The notes under the pieces were generated by a model. It did no database searches, had not been told where the DNA came from, and saw nothing but the letters and a program-made list of their open reading frames with translations. 64,000 bases of DNA from an uncultured Acidobacteriota bacterium (GTDB lineage: Bacteria; Acidobacteriota; Thermoanaerobaculia; Multivoradales; SZUA-115), in contig CAWDVR010000002.1 of assembly GCA_963805975.1 (NCBI GenBank), positions 992,001-1,056,000 on the forward strand. The letters run 5' to 3'. A program made the position numbers and the translations under genes. Of this stretch, positions 28,667-38,054 are shown one piece after another; positions within the stretch are counted from its first letter, which is position 1; each line of letters starts with the position of its first letter.

Positions 28667-29143
28667 CTACTTCAGCGCCACCCCACAGCTCTTGGTGCTC
28701 ACGCAGACCAGCGTCAGCACCGCCGCTCTCTTGGGCTGGTCGTCGTCGCGGAAAAGGTCGAGGGTGAGGGGGCGGCCGGGGCGGAGCTTGTCCGCCACGG
28801 GCACGGAGGCCGGCTGGTCGAGCACGACTTGCACGAGGTCGCCTTGCACCAGCTCGAAGCGCGCGCGGCGCACGCGGGCCTTCGCGGGCGGGATGCGCAC
28901 CGTGCAGGCACCGCCGGCGGGCAGGGTGAAGGTGGAGCCGGAGAGGCAGGAAGCCTCGACCTCGCGCGCGGTGAGGGTCTTCTTCTGGATCAGCGAGCGG
29001 CCCGCGTTCTTCATCCAAGCCGGCACCTTGGGTGGAGAAGAACGGGGGCCGTCCTTCCTCGTCTGCCCCCAGACCAAGACGACGGCGAAGAGCACCGCCA
29101 CCAGGACGAGCACCACGATCGCGATCTTCTGGTTACGTTCCAT
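28667..29143 (-). CDS. membrane-anchored hypothetical protein, last gene of CIS operon
   Basis: N-terminal TM (IAIVVLVLVAVLFAVVLVW), four Cys in beta-rich C-terminal domain. Confidence 0.75.
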   Translation of the reverse strand: MERNQKIAIVVLVLVAVLFAVVLVWGQTRKDGPRSSPPKVPAWMKNAGRSLIQKKTLTAREVEASCLSGSTFTLPAGGACTVRIPPAKARVRRARFELVQGDLVQVVLDQPASVPVADKLRPGRPLTLDLFRDDDQPKRAAVLTLVCVSTKSCGVALK

Positions 29144-30272
29144 GGCCGGATCGAGCCGGTCTGCGCGCGACATCGGGGCCCGCGGGTCGCGAAAAGTCGC
29201 TCACGCCTCCCGGGCGCGCTTGCCGGCTCGGCTGTGCGAACTGGTTCAAGAGCCCGGAGTCGATCTGCCAGCGCGTCCACTGGCAGTTGCCCTGCCGGCA
29301 GACCATCCCGGTGGGGCAGGGACGAGCGTCGAGCGGCGGGCAGCGGATGGGGTCCTTGCACAGTCCGCCGTCGCAGATGCCGGAGGCGCACTGCGCCGCG
29401 AACAGGCACTGGGCGCCGATCGCCAGCGTGGCGCACTGGCCTCCGCGGCAGGTGAGCGTCAGGCACTCACCGGGCACGCGGCACGCCTGGCCGGCCTCGC
29501 GCAGGCAGAGCTTCTGCGCCCCGACGCTCACGCACTTCTGGCCGGGCACGCAGTCCTTTTCGGATTTGCATGCGGCGCCCAGGCTGTCTTCCTGACAGGT
29601 CTTGTTGAGACAGAACAGGCCCGCGGCGCACTCGCCGCTGCACGCCTCGCCGAGGCTGGGGAGCGGCGGCTCTGAGCACACGCCTTCGACGCACGCCAGG
29701 CCCTCTTTGCACTCCGCCGTCTCGTTGCAGCCGGCGAAGTCCAGGTCGCCGCGGCAGGTCTTGGGCTCGCCGGTGCAGACCAGGCCGCTCTTGCAGTCGT
29801 CCTCGCACGGGTCGCCGAGGCCGGGGCCCTGGTTCATCAGCACCACGGCCGCGACCACGCCGCCGACGATCACCAAGCCGAGGAGGACGAAGAGGATCCA
29901 CCACGGGAACTTCTTCTTCGGCTTCTCGGTGGCGGGCACCTTGACCACTACCGACGGTCCCTCGGTCGAGTCCTCGTCCGGGTTGGCGGTCGAGGTGGCG
30001 TCGAGGCGGAAGCGGTAGCTCCCCGGCGGGGTGCCGGCCGGCACGTTGATCTTGACCTTGTACTGCTCGGTCACCCCGGGGAGGACGTTGCGCTCGCCGT
30101 CGTCTGCGGGTGTGAACCAGCGCGCCTCGGCGGGTGGCTCGGCCGCGGCACGCACCCGCACCTGGGCGGCGGTGAGCAGTTGATTGGTCACCGTGAAGGT
30201 GACGGTGCCGGTGGCGCCGGGAGCGAGGTCCACGGCGTCGGGCGAGGCGGTGATGGCGAATGCACGGCTCAT
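29133..30272 (-). CDS. bitopic protein: Ig-like domain, TM helix, Cys-rich repeats (CIS adaptor candidate 2)
   Basis: N-terminal beta-rich domain, KKKFPWW + TM, repeated GxxC..C..GxxC..C modules. Confidence 0.85.
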   Translation of the reverse strand: MSRAFAITASPDAVDLAPGATGTVTFTVTNQLLTAAQVRVRAAAEPPAEARWFTPADDGERNVLPGVTEQYKVKINVPAGTPPGSYRFRLDATSTANPDEDSTEGPSVVVKVPATEKPKKKFPWWILFVLLGLVIVGGVVAAVVLMNQGPGLGDPCEDDCKSGLVCTGEPKTCRGDLDFAGCNETAECKEGLACVEGVCSEPPLPSLGEACSGECAAGLFCLNKTCQEDSLGAACKSEKDCVPGQKCVSVGAQKLCLREAGQACRVPGECLTLTCRGGQCATLAIGAQCLFAAQCASGICDGGLCKDPIRCPPLDARPCPTGMVCRQGNCQWTRWQIDSGLLNQFAQPSRQARPGGVSDFSRPAGPDVARRPARSGHGT

Positions 30273-30326
30273 GAGCGGACCCTCTCTCTATCAGAATGTT
30301 CAACCGCAGGCGCAGGCTGCCTGCGT

Positions 30327-31787
30327 CTATTGGATCGTTCCTCCCAGCGGCTCCCAGGCCGACCAGCCGCCCTCGTACCCGAGATGCCAGAGCTGGTTGT
30401 CCGTGCTGCGGGCGAAGACGTCGATGCGGCCCGGGCCCCAGGAGACGGCGGCCGGGTCCGAGGTCAGCACGCCGCCGAGCGACTCCCAGTTCGACCAGCC
30501 ACCCTCGTACCACTTGTGCCAGAGCGCGTTGTCGCTGCTGCGCACGAACACGTCCAACCGGCCGGCGCTCCACGAGCAGACGGCCGGCCCCGAGGTCAGC
30601 ACGCCGCCGAGCGGCGCCCAGTTCGACCACGAGCCGTCATACGCGCGGTGCCAGAGGCCGTTGTCGAGGCCGCGGGCGAAGACGTCGAGCCGGCCGGGGC
30701 CCCAGGCGACGACGGCCGGGGCCGAGGTGATGGGGCCGGCAAACGGTGTCCACCCGGACCAGTTGCCATCGAACGCCTTGTGCCAGAGCTGGGTGTCCGC
30801 GCCGCGTACCAGGATGTCGAGCCGCCCGGGCGCCCACGAGGTGACCGCCGGGGCCGAGCCCAGGTTGCCGTCCAGGACCTCCCAGTCGTGCCAGACCCGG
30901 TCGTAAGCCTTGTGCTCGAGCTGCCCGCCCTTGCCGCGGATGAAGAGGTCGATGCGGCCGGGGCCCCAGCTCTCGGCCGAGGGGCCCGCCGTCACGGTGC
31001 CGCCCAGGCTCTCCCAGCCGGACCAGCCGCCGTCGTACCATTTGTGCCATACGGCCCGGTCGGTGCTGCGCACGAAGACGTCCAGCCGGCCGAGCGCCCA
31101 GGAGGAGACCCCGATCCACGCCGGCGAGGGCGCCTCGAAGGCGATCTCGGTCACGACGGGAGGCGGGGGTGGGGGCGGCGGCGGGGCCTCCGCGCAAACA
31201 CCCTCCTTGCAGACCAGGCCGTCCTTGCACTCGCCGTCCTCGGCGCAACCCTCGAAGCCCACGTCGCCGCGGCAGGTCTTGGGCTCGCCCGTGCAGACCA
31301 GGCCCTCGGCACACTCCTCCTCGCACTCGTCGAGGAGACCGGGCGTCCGATCCCGGAGCAGGAGGAAGGCGGTCGTGCCTCCCACGATCAGCAGCGCCAG
31401 GACGAGGATCAGGATCCACCAGGGGAACTTCTTCGCCGGCGCCGCGCCCTTCACCTGGAAAGCGACGGACGGGCCCTCGGTGAACTCCTCGTCCGGGTTG
31501 GCCTCGGACACGGCGTCGAGCCGCAGGCGGTAGCTGCCGGCGGGCGAGCCCGGCGGCGCCTTCACCTCGACCACGAACTGTTCGGTGGCACCGGCCGGGA
31601 GCAGGCGCTCCGGCCGCTCCGGCGGCCTGACCCAGGAAGCGGCGGCCGAGGGCTCGCCCACCACGCGGGCGCGGACCTTCGCCGACTCGTTGCCGGTGTT
31701 GGTGACGGTGTAGGTGACCCGGCCCTCACCACTCGCGGAAAGCTCGAGGCGCTCGGGCGAAGCGGTGACGGCAAACAGACGTTTCAT
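30327..31787 (-). CDS. bitopic protein: Ig-like domain, TM helix, Cys module, Pro linker, lectin-like beta-propeller (CIS adaptor candidate 1)
   Basis: Six ~44-aa repeats PAVxSWxxGRLDVFxRxxDxxLWHxxYDGxWSxWxxLGG, DUF346/PLL-lectin-like. Confidence 0.88.
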   Translation of the reverse strand: MKRLFAVTASPERLELSASGEGRVTYTVTNTGNESAKVRARVVGEPSAAASWVRPPERPERLLPAGATEQFVVEVKAPPGSPAGSYRLRLDAVSEANPDEEFTEGPSVAFQVKGAAPAKKFPWWILILVLALLIVGGTTAFLLLRDRTPGLLDECEEECAEGLVCTGEPKTCRGDVGFEGCAEDGECKDGLVCKEGVCAEAPPPPPPPPPVVTEIAFEAPSPAWIGVSSWALGRLDVFVRSTDRAVWHKWYDGGWSGWESLGGTVTAGPSAESWGPGRIDLFIRGKGGQLEHKAYDRVWHDWEVLDGNLGSAPAVTSWAPGRLDILVRGADTQLWHKAFDGNWSGWTPFAGPITSAPAVVAWGPGRLDVFARGLDNGLWHRAYDGSWSNWAPLGGVLTSGPAVCSWSAGRLDVFVRSSDNALWHKWYEGGWSNWESLGGVLTSDPAAVSWGPGRIDVFARSTDNQLWHLGYEGGWSAWEPLGGTIQ

Positions 31788-31807
31788 GATTCATCCCTCG
31801 GGAAGAT

Positions 31808-32416
31808 CTAGGCCGATCCGTTCCGGCGTCTGGCCTGCTTAGGCGGAGAAAGGGCGATTTCCGTTTCAAACGTCTCGTAGGCCGGCTTTTCGAGCTCCAC
31901 AATGCGGCGCACCAGCGGAAGCTGGGGCGCCGCCGCCGCGGGCACCAGCACCTTGAGATGGAAGGGCCGCGGGCGGCCATCCTGGCCGAGCACCTGCTCG
32001 TCGATGCCGAAGCCCTGGACCCCGGTGGCGGTCTCCAGGAAGAGCTTCAGTCCCTTGGCCGTTCCTCGCCAGCGGGAGAGATAGGCGGCGGCAGCCGTGA
32101 GCTCGCGCAGGCGCCCGATCTCGATCGTGTCGGTGAGCCGGCCGGAGCGATCCCTCTGCCGGCGGCCGGTGCCGGTGTGAGCCATGCCGGGGCGCTCCTC
32201 GAGCAGGCGGTCGAGGTCCAGCCAGCGTGCGAGGAGCGGCACGAAGGCGTCCGGGGTGCGGCGCGGGTCGAAGATCTCGTCGAGCCCCGCGAGCCGGCTC
32301 TCGGCCGGCTGGTGCAATGCCTCCATCGCCGCCAGCACGGCGGCGAGCGGGCTCGCGGGCTGCGCGCCGGCGCGGAAGACCGCCGGCAGCAGCCGTTCAA
32401 TGGCCTCGGCTCTCAT
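31808..32416 (-). CDS. phage tail protein I-like baseplate component
   Basis: LLPAVF, FDPRRTPDAFVPLLARWL, WRGTAKGL, IVELEKPAY. Confidence 0.85.
   Translation of the reverse strand: MRAEAIERLLPAVFRAGAQPASPLAAVLAAMEALHQPAESRLAGLDEIFDPRRTPDAFVPLLARWLDLDRLLEERPGMAHTGTGRRQRDRSGRLTDTIEIGRLRELTAAAAYLSRWRGTAKGLKLFLETATGVQGFGIDEQVLGQDGRPRPFHLKVLVPAAAAPQLPLVRRIVELEKPAYETFETEIALSPPKQARRRNGSA
31838..31867 (-). promoter_or_regulatory. CIS-associated promoter-like motif, copy 2
   Basis: GAAAC-N18-GCCTAAG inside the 3' end of the tail-I gene, 50 nt upstream of ATG 31787. Confidence 0.5.
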
Positions 32417-35006
32417 CTTCGCTCACCACTTCGATCTCGTGTGCGCCGGGGCAGAAGAGCCAGGTCGCCGGCAGGGTCACCTTGTCCGTGAACTCGCGGC
32501 TCGAGGCCGGCTCGTAGAGCGTACCGCCATTGCCGCTCCGCACCACGCCGACCGGCGTGCCCGCGAGCACCAGGCTGCCCCCGGGGAGCGCCGCCAGCGC
32601 GCGCACCGGGTAGAAGCGCCCGCGGTCGCGCATCGGCAGGTTGGAGCCCACCTCCGGCGACCACCACTCGGCGTCGCTCTTCGAGCCGTCGAGCCGCAGC
32701 ACGCCTGCCTGGTGGGTGGCGGCGAGCACCTGGCCGCCCTGGAAGGCCAGGGCATGGCAGCTCCCGCCCTTCCAGCCCTTGCCCTGGGGGCGCCAGGCCT
32801 CCGCGGCCTCGGCCGAGCCGCGCAGCTCGCGCACGAAGCAGCCGCGGCCCGTCTCGCTGCCGCCCTCGGCCGCGAGGCCGGCCCACAGGAAGAGGCGGGG
32901 CCCGTCCTCCTGCACGGCGAGCACGCGCACGTCCTCCCCATCGAGACCGATCTTCTGGAAGCTCTCCGCCCGGCCGCCCTGGGCCGAGAGGTAGACGCCT
33001 CCCGTCCGCTGCGCCGCCACCGCCACCTGCACGCCACCCCGCAGATCGGTGGCGGCGGCCACGGCGTAGAAGCCGAGGTCCGGCGAGCCCGGCGCCACCA
33101 GCACCTGGAGCGGGCTCGCTCCGGGCTTCTGCGCCAGCTCGTAGAGGCCCTTCTCGGTCGCCATCAACAGCATCGACACGCCTTCGCGCGTCACCCAGGC
33201 CAGGTCCTCCACCTGGAAGGCGAGGCGGGCGGCCGGCTGCCAGGTCTCGCCGCAGTCGAGCGACAGGTGGAGGCGCGTGCCGCCCTCGCCCTCGACGCGG
33301 GTCAGGACCGCGAGATGGCCGGGCCGTTCGGGGTGGGCGGCCACCTGCTCGACGGCCTCGCCCGCGAAGCGGCCGGCCGGCTCCCAGCCGTCGCCGTCGT
33401 TTCCCGAACGGTAGAGGAGAGAGCCGCAGCCGGCATACCAGGTCGAGCGCTGGAAGGAGTCGGCGGCGAGCGCGGTGACGTTGCCGGCGGGCACCTCGTC
33501 GACCAGCAGGCGCACCGAGTCCGCGTAGGCGACGCCGGGCTCGGCGAGGATCGCCTCGTAGACGTGCGAAGCGCGCAGCGCCTGGCCGAACGGCCAGCCC
33601 GGCGTGGCCCTCTCGCCGCCCCGCGGCAGCGGGCTCAGGGTGGCGTCGAGGCGCGCCAGGACCCGGTCGCGGACCGCGGCCGGGTTCTCCTGCCGGTAGA
33701 CCACCACGCGGCCCGCCACCTTGACGGTCTTGTAGCGCGCCCAGCTCACCAGGCAGGTGGTGGCGAGCGGGCGCCGCTCGTCGAGGGTGGCGAGGATCAC
33801 GGCGCGCACCTCCTCGCGCTCGAGCGCGGCGAGCCGCGCGGCATCGACCGCTCCTGCCGCCTCTCCTTCCCCCGTCTCCGGACCGCGCGGCAGCTCGGGC
33901 ACCAGCAGCACCTCGACCGTTCCCGGCTGCGCGTGCGCCCACAGCTCGGCCTTGGTGAACGCCTTGGCGCGCGCCACCCCGCCGGTCGCCGCCAGGGCCA
34001 GCAGCTCGAAGTCCCGCGCGGTCACCGCCCGCTCCAGGGTGTGGAGCTGCTGCGGGCCGCGCACCAGGGCGTTGTCCACGCTCTCGGCGTCGCGACCGCC
34101 GGCGGCGGGCCCGGCGTTGACCACCGTCAGGCCGGGGATCGGGTCCTTGAGCGCGGTCAGCGCGCCGGCCGCCACGTTGCCGACCCGGCCGCCGCCATGG
34201 CGGTACCAGAGGCGGATCTGGCAGTCGGCCGCCGGCACCTCGGCCAACGCCTCCGGCCGCTCGGAGAGCACGCCGTCGCCGCTCATCTGCCGCGCCGCCG
34301 GCGCGAAGGTGACCCGTCCGGAGACCCGGTCGGCGATGAACACGAAGCGGTCCGCGCCCAGGTTGGTGAAGCTCTCGACCTCGCGCCACACGCGGAAGGT
34401 GCGGCCCTCGAAGACCACCGCGGCGAGGCCGGCCTCGAGGTCTCCCCCCGGCTCCTCGATCCCCACCACCAGGTCGAGGCCGTCGCCGGTGGGCGCCACG
34501 ATGGGCAGCCGGCGGGCGGCCACGGTCTGGCCGGGAAGGCCGGTGCCGAGGCCCGCGAGCTCGCCGTCGACCAGCTCGCAGCCCAGCGCCATGACCGAGA
34601 CCGAGGTGGCGCCGGCAGCGATGGTCTCGGCGCGGACAGTGGTGAAGATGGGGCCGCCTCCCACGCCGCCGGCGCCGGCCGTCACCCGCGTGCCGCGCGG
34701 GATCTCGATCGCCTGCGGCGACGGCTTGGGCCGGCTGAAGGTGAGCTCGGCGACGGCGGGGGTCGGTGGCCGGAGCGTCACCCCCAACAACCGCAACAGC
34801 TCGACGTAGACCTTCTCCGGCACCCGGTTCAGCCGGTAGATCATGGTCTCGGTCAGAAAGGCGAAGAGCTCCAGCAGGACGGTGCCGGGGTCCGAGGCGG
34901 AGAGGTCGGTCCACTCGCGGCAGGTGGCGCCCGCGCGACGCCGGGCCAGCTCCACGAGCTGGGCGAAGGTGCGATCGTCGAGATTGGGGCTGGGCAGCGA
35001 CATCAC
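32397..35006 (-). CDS. baseplate J/gp6-like assembly protein with inserted beta-propeller
   Basis: LPSPNLDDRTF, WTD..ASDPG..LLELFA, YRLNRVP, RAVTARDFE; Asp-box-like repeats in the C-terminal third. Confidence 0.9.
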   Translation of the reverse strand: MMSLPSPNLDDRTFAQLVELARRRAGATCREWTDLSASDPGTVLLELFAFLTETMIYRLNRVPEKVYVELLRLLGVTLRPPTPAVAELTFSRPKPSPQAIEIPRGTRVTAGAGGVGGGPIFTTVRAETIAAGATSVSVMALGCELVDGELAGLGTGLPGQTVAARRLPIVAPTGDGLDLVVGIEEPGGDLEAGLAAVVFEGRTFRVWREVESFTNLGADRFVFIADRVSGRVTFAPAARQMSGDGVLSERPEALAEVPAADCQIRLWYRHGGGRVGNVAAGALTALKDPIPGLTVVNAGPAAGGRDAESVDNALVRGPQQLHTLERAVTARDFELLALAATGGVARAKAFTKAELWAHAQPGTVEVLLVPELPRGPETGEGEAAGAVDAARLAALEREEVRAVILATLDERRPLATTCLVSWARYKTVKVAGRVVVYRQENPAAVRDRVLARLDATLSPLPRGGERATPGWPFGQALRASHVYEAILAEPGVAYADSVRLLVDEVPAGNVTALAADSFQRSTWYAGCGSLLYRSGNDGDGWEPAGRFAGEAVEQVAAHPERPGHLAVLTRVEGEGGTRLHLSLDCGETWQPAARLAFQVEDLAWVTREGVSMLLMATEKGLYELAQKPGASPLQVLVAPGSPDLGFYAVAAATDLRGGVQVAVAAQRTGGVYLSAQGGRAESFQKIGLDGEDVRVLAVQEDGPRLFLWAGLAAEGGSETGRGCFVRELRGSAEAAEAWRPQGKGWKGGSCHALAFQGGQVLAATHQAGVLRLDGSKSDAEWWSPEVGSNLPMRDRGRFYPVRALAALPGGSLVLAGTPVGVVRSGNGGTLYEPASSREFTDKVTLPATWLFCPGAHEIEVVSEDESRGH

Positions 35007-35440
35007 GGCCTCTCTGCGTAGAGCATCAACGGATAGGTGAGCGTTCCCACGGCCAAGAGGCTCTTCACCCGGTACTCGAGCGTGATGTCGAGCCGGCCGG
35101 GATGCGAGGGGTTGGGGTCGGCGTCGAGGTGCAGGATCTCGACCCGCGGCTCCCAGCGCTCGACGGCGCGGCGCACGTAGTGGATGGCGAGGCCCGCGGT
35201 GGTGGCGTCGTTGGGGGCGAAGACCAGGCGGTGGAGCTCGCAGCCGTAGGTGGGCCGCATCACGCGCTCCCCCGGCACCGTCGACAGGAGGAGCAGCAGC
35301 GCCTGGCGCACGGCCGGCTCGCCCTCGACCATCTCGACGCCGCGCGGCCCGATGTCGAGCCCGCTCTCCTCGGCGGGGGACTCGAGGTCCGGCAGCAGGA
35401 AGCGCCAGGCGCGCCAGCGGGGCGAAGAGGTGAGCCTCAC
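35003..35440 (-). CDS. GPW/gp25 baseplate wedge protein
   Basis: LLSTVPGERVMRPTYGC, RWEPRV; GTG start overlaps upstream stop. Confidence 0.92.
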   Translation of the reverse strand: MRLTSSPRWRAWRFLLPDLESPAEESGLDIGPRGVEMVEGEPAVRQALLLLLSTVPGERVMRPTYGCELHRLVFAPNDATTAGLAIHYVRRAVERWEPRVEILHLDADPNPSHPGRLDITLEYRVKSLLAVGTLTYPLMLYAERP

Positions 35441-35778
35441 GGCGACTCCCCCACCAGCTCCTGGCCGGGATGGCGCACCTTGTACTCGACGATGCCGGGC
35501 GGCGTGCCGTCGGTGAGGCCGCGCACCGTGTCCAGACAGATGCGCTTGCCCTCGATGCGCAGCAGGTCCGAGTAGCCCTCTTTCACCGGCAGCGTGGTGG
35601 TGCAGGGCTTGATCGCGATGCCGATGTTGGGGCAGCCGACGATCGGCCGGCCCTCGGGGTTGACCGACACCAGCACGCGGCGGCGCTCGACCGTCACCAG
35701 CTCCTGCGTAGGCTCGATCTGGATCACCCCCTGCTCGTGGGTGCAGACCAGCCGCGCGTCCTCGGTCAGCCAGCGCAT
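35437..35778 (-). CDS. PAAR-like spike tip protein
   Basis: 113 aa, CTH..GCP..PC pattern, position between VgrG and gp25. Confidence 0.7.
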   Translation of the reverse strand: MRWLTEDARLVCTHEQGVIQIEPTQELVTVERRRVLVSVNPEGRPIVGCPNIGIAIKPCTTTLPVKEGYSDLLRIEGKRICLDTVRGLTDGTPPGIVEYKVRHPGQELVGESP

Positions 35779-35781
35779 CGC

Positions 35782-37296
35782 TCAAGCCCGCTCGAAGTCG
35801 ATCGAGGCGCCGCGCACCACGATCGGCTGGCCCGGCGCCTCGAGGGTCAAGGGCGTCGCGGCGTGGAGGGTCAGCTTCTCGGGCCCCAGCTCGAGGAAGC
35901 TGCCGTTGGTGGTCTGGACCTTGACGCTCCGCGCCGCGTCGTCGAGGGAGAAGCGATGGCCGCCGGGAGTGCGCAGGACGAAGCGCCGCACGGCGCCCTC
36001 CTCCACCGCCGCCTCGGGCAGCCCCTGGGAGCCGTAGAGCCCGCCCACCACCACGCCGCGGGCGGGGTCGCCGTGGGTGAAGATCACCAGCACGCGGTCC
36101 CCCACCTCGGGGAGGGCCAGCAGACCCTTGCCGGCGCCGGCCGCCAGGCAGACGACGTTGATCCACTCGGTCTCGAGCTCGCCGTAGACCGGCAGCGAGA
36201 CCTTGACGCGGCCCCAGCCCTCGGGGTCGTCCACCCGCGTCACCACCGCCCAGGCGGCGACCCCCTCGCGCCGCCGTGGCGGCGGCAGGGGTGGGACGGT
36301 GGTGATCTCCGAGACGTAGCCGGCCTCGGCGTCGATGCGGTGCTCCACCCCGGTCAGCACGTAGCGGCCGGTGAAGGGTGCCGCCACGCCCGCCACCGTG
36401 ACCCGCGTGCCGGGCCGCAGCGCCGGGTTCCCCTCGGCGACGCCGGTGAGCACCACCTCCGCCGCGCTCAGGCGGTCGAGCTCGGCCTGCGCCAGGCCCT
36501 CGGCCTCGGCAGCGGACGTGGCGCGGCCGTCGGTCAGGCTGCGCTCGCCGCTCCCGCCGAGCGCGGCGGGCGGCGCCTCGGCCGCCACCGCGCGGCCCAC
36601 GCGCGGCGAGCGCGCCTCGCCCACCGCCGCCTCGGCCCGCCAGGGGTCCCAGCCCGCCGCCTTGACCGTGCGGCAGCAGGGGTCGCCGTTGGCCTCGAGG
36701 CGCGCTTCGAGGAGCGTCCGGCCCAGCTCCAGCGCCACGCTCTCGCCGATGCCCTCCAACGTCAGGAGGTGGAGCGCCCCGTCGCGCAGCACCGGGTAGA
36801 GGCCCGCCGCCGCCGTCTCCTCCACCAGCAGCTCGAGGTCCGACTGGCCGTGCTGCAGCACCCGCTCCTTCGCCGGGCCGTCTGCCGCGGCCTCGACCGC
36901 GAGGCCGAGGTCCGCCACCAGCTCGCGGGCCAGCTCCGCCGCGGTGGAGCGCACGTGGGCGCGCAGCGGCTGGCGCTTGCGGAGGCGATGCAGCAGGTCG
37001 TAGCCGCGCACCGAGAGCTCCACCCCGCGGTCGCCGCCGTAGGCCAGCTCCACCGCCGTCACCTCGCCATCGAAGAGCGGCGGCGCGACACCCGCGAGCG
37101 CCAGCCGCAGCCGAGATCCCGGCTTCACCGGCAGCTCGGCACCGGGCTCGGCGTCGAAGAACACCAGCTCGGCCTGCGCCGGCAAACCCAGCTTCTGCGC
37201 CACCCGCGCCTCGCCCAGGGCGCGGGCCAGCGGCTCGGCGAGCGGCGCGCCATCCACCTCGACGACCAGCGGCGGCAGGGCGCGCACCGGCCTCAC
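35782..37296 (-). CDS. VgrG-like hub/spike (late control D + baseplate V)
   Basis: QHGQSDLE, GNPALRPG, DPEGWGRVKV, LPEVGDRVLVIF.HGD; GTG start overlaps upstream stop. Confidence 0.92.
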   Translation of the reverse strand: MRPVRALPPLVVEVDGAPLAEPLARALGEARVAQKLGLPAQAELVFFDAEPGAELPVKPGSRLRLALAGVAPPLFDGEVTAVELAYGGDRGVELSVRGYDLLHRLRKRQPLRAHVRSTAAELARELVADLGLAVEAAADGPAKERVLQHGQSDLELLVEETAAAGLYPVLRDGALHLLTLEGIGESVALELGRTLLEARLEANGDPCCRTVKAAGWDPWRAEAAVGEARSPRVGRAVAAEAPPAALGGSGERSLTDGRATSAAEAEGLAQAELDRLSAAEVVLTGVAEGNPALRPGTRVTVAGVAAPFTGRYVLTGVEHRIDAEAGYVSEITTVPPLPPPRRREGVAAWAVVTRVDDPEGWGRVKVSLPVYGELETEWINVVCLAAGAGKGLLALPEVGDRVLVIFTHGDPARGVVVGGLYGSQGLPEAAVEEGAVRRFVLRTPGGHRFSLDDAARSVKVQTTNGSFLELGPEKLTLHAATPLTLEAPGQPIVVRGASIDFERA

Positions 37297-38054
37297 GAGC
37301 CGCTCCCGAGCCCGAGGCGAGAGGGCACTTCGAGCAGCCGGTGGGAGGCGAGGCGGAGCGGATCGGTCACCCGGTTGGCGATCGCCAGCAGGCGCCACCA
37401 GGCGGCGTCGCCGAAGAAGCGCTCGGCGAGCTGATCCAGCCGCTCGCCGGGGTCGTCCCCTGCTTCACCGATCACGTAGTGGAGGCGTGTCTCGGGGGCG
37501 GCGCCCACCGGGGCTCCCGCCTGGGTGCCCGCTGCGACCGCGGCCTCGGCAGCGGCCAGCACTTCCGGCGGTGGCGGGGGGGCCGGTGCGGGGGGGCGGT
37601 CCTCCACCCGCAGCAGGCGCAGCCGCAGCCAGGAGCGGCCGGGTGCGCCGCTCCCCGAGAAGCGTTCCAGCCGCTCGGCGACCGCCGCCACCACCCCCGG
37701 CACGTTCCACGCCTTGCCCCACACGAAGCGCACCTGCGGCGGACGGCCGTAGCCCTCGCCGTCGGTCGCGTTCTCCGCCAGCTCGACCAGCGGCCGGGTG
37801 AGCTGCCGGACGTCGTCGGTGGCGATCGAGGAGCCGGCGAGCGCGACGTCGAACAGCAGGTCGAGCGAGAGCTGGGTCCGGCCGCCGCCGGTGTAGAGCA
37901 GCGCGTCGTCGCCCATCCCGGCACCGGTCAGCCGGCCGACGGTGGAGCTCCGCGGGCGCACCCCGGCCTGGCGCTCGAGCACCAGGCTCTCCGGGTTGAG
38001 CAGGCAGGTGAGCCGCTCGCCGCTGCCTTCGAGGAGGAAGGCTACGCGCTCCAC
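37293..38054 (-). CDS. CIS tube initiator with LysM-like C-terminus (Afp7-like)
   Basis: LNPESL, LLFD, PPQVRFVWG, GERLDQLAERFFGDAAWWRLLAIAN.V.DP. Confidence 0.85.
   Translation of the reverse strand: MERVAFLLEGSGERLTCLLNPESLVLERQAGVRPRSSTVGRLTGAGMGDDALLYTGGGRTQLSLDLLFDVALAGSSIATDDVRQLTRPLVELAENATDGEGYGRPPQVRFVWGKAWNVPGVVAAVAERLERFSGSGAPGRSWLRLRLLRVEDRPPAPAPPPPPEVLAAAEAAVAAGTQAGAPVGAAPETRLHYVIGEAGDDPGERLDQLAERFFGDAAWWRLLAIANRVTDPLRLASHRLLEVPSRLGLGSGS

Noticed and set aside
30330-31120. Regularly spaced DNA repeats as a CRISPR array
   Set aside because: They are ~132-nt in-frame coding repeats of the propeller, with no unique spacers and no cas genes
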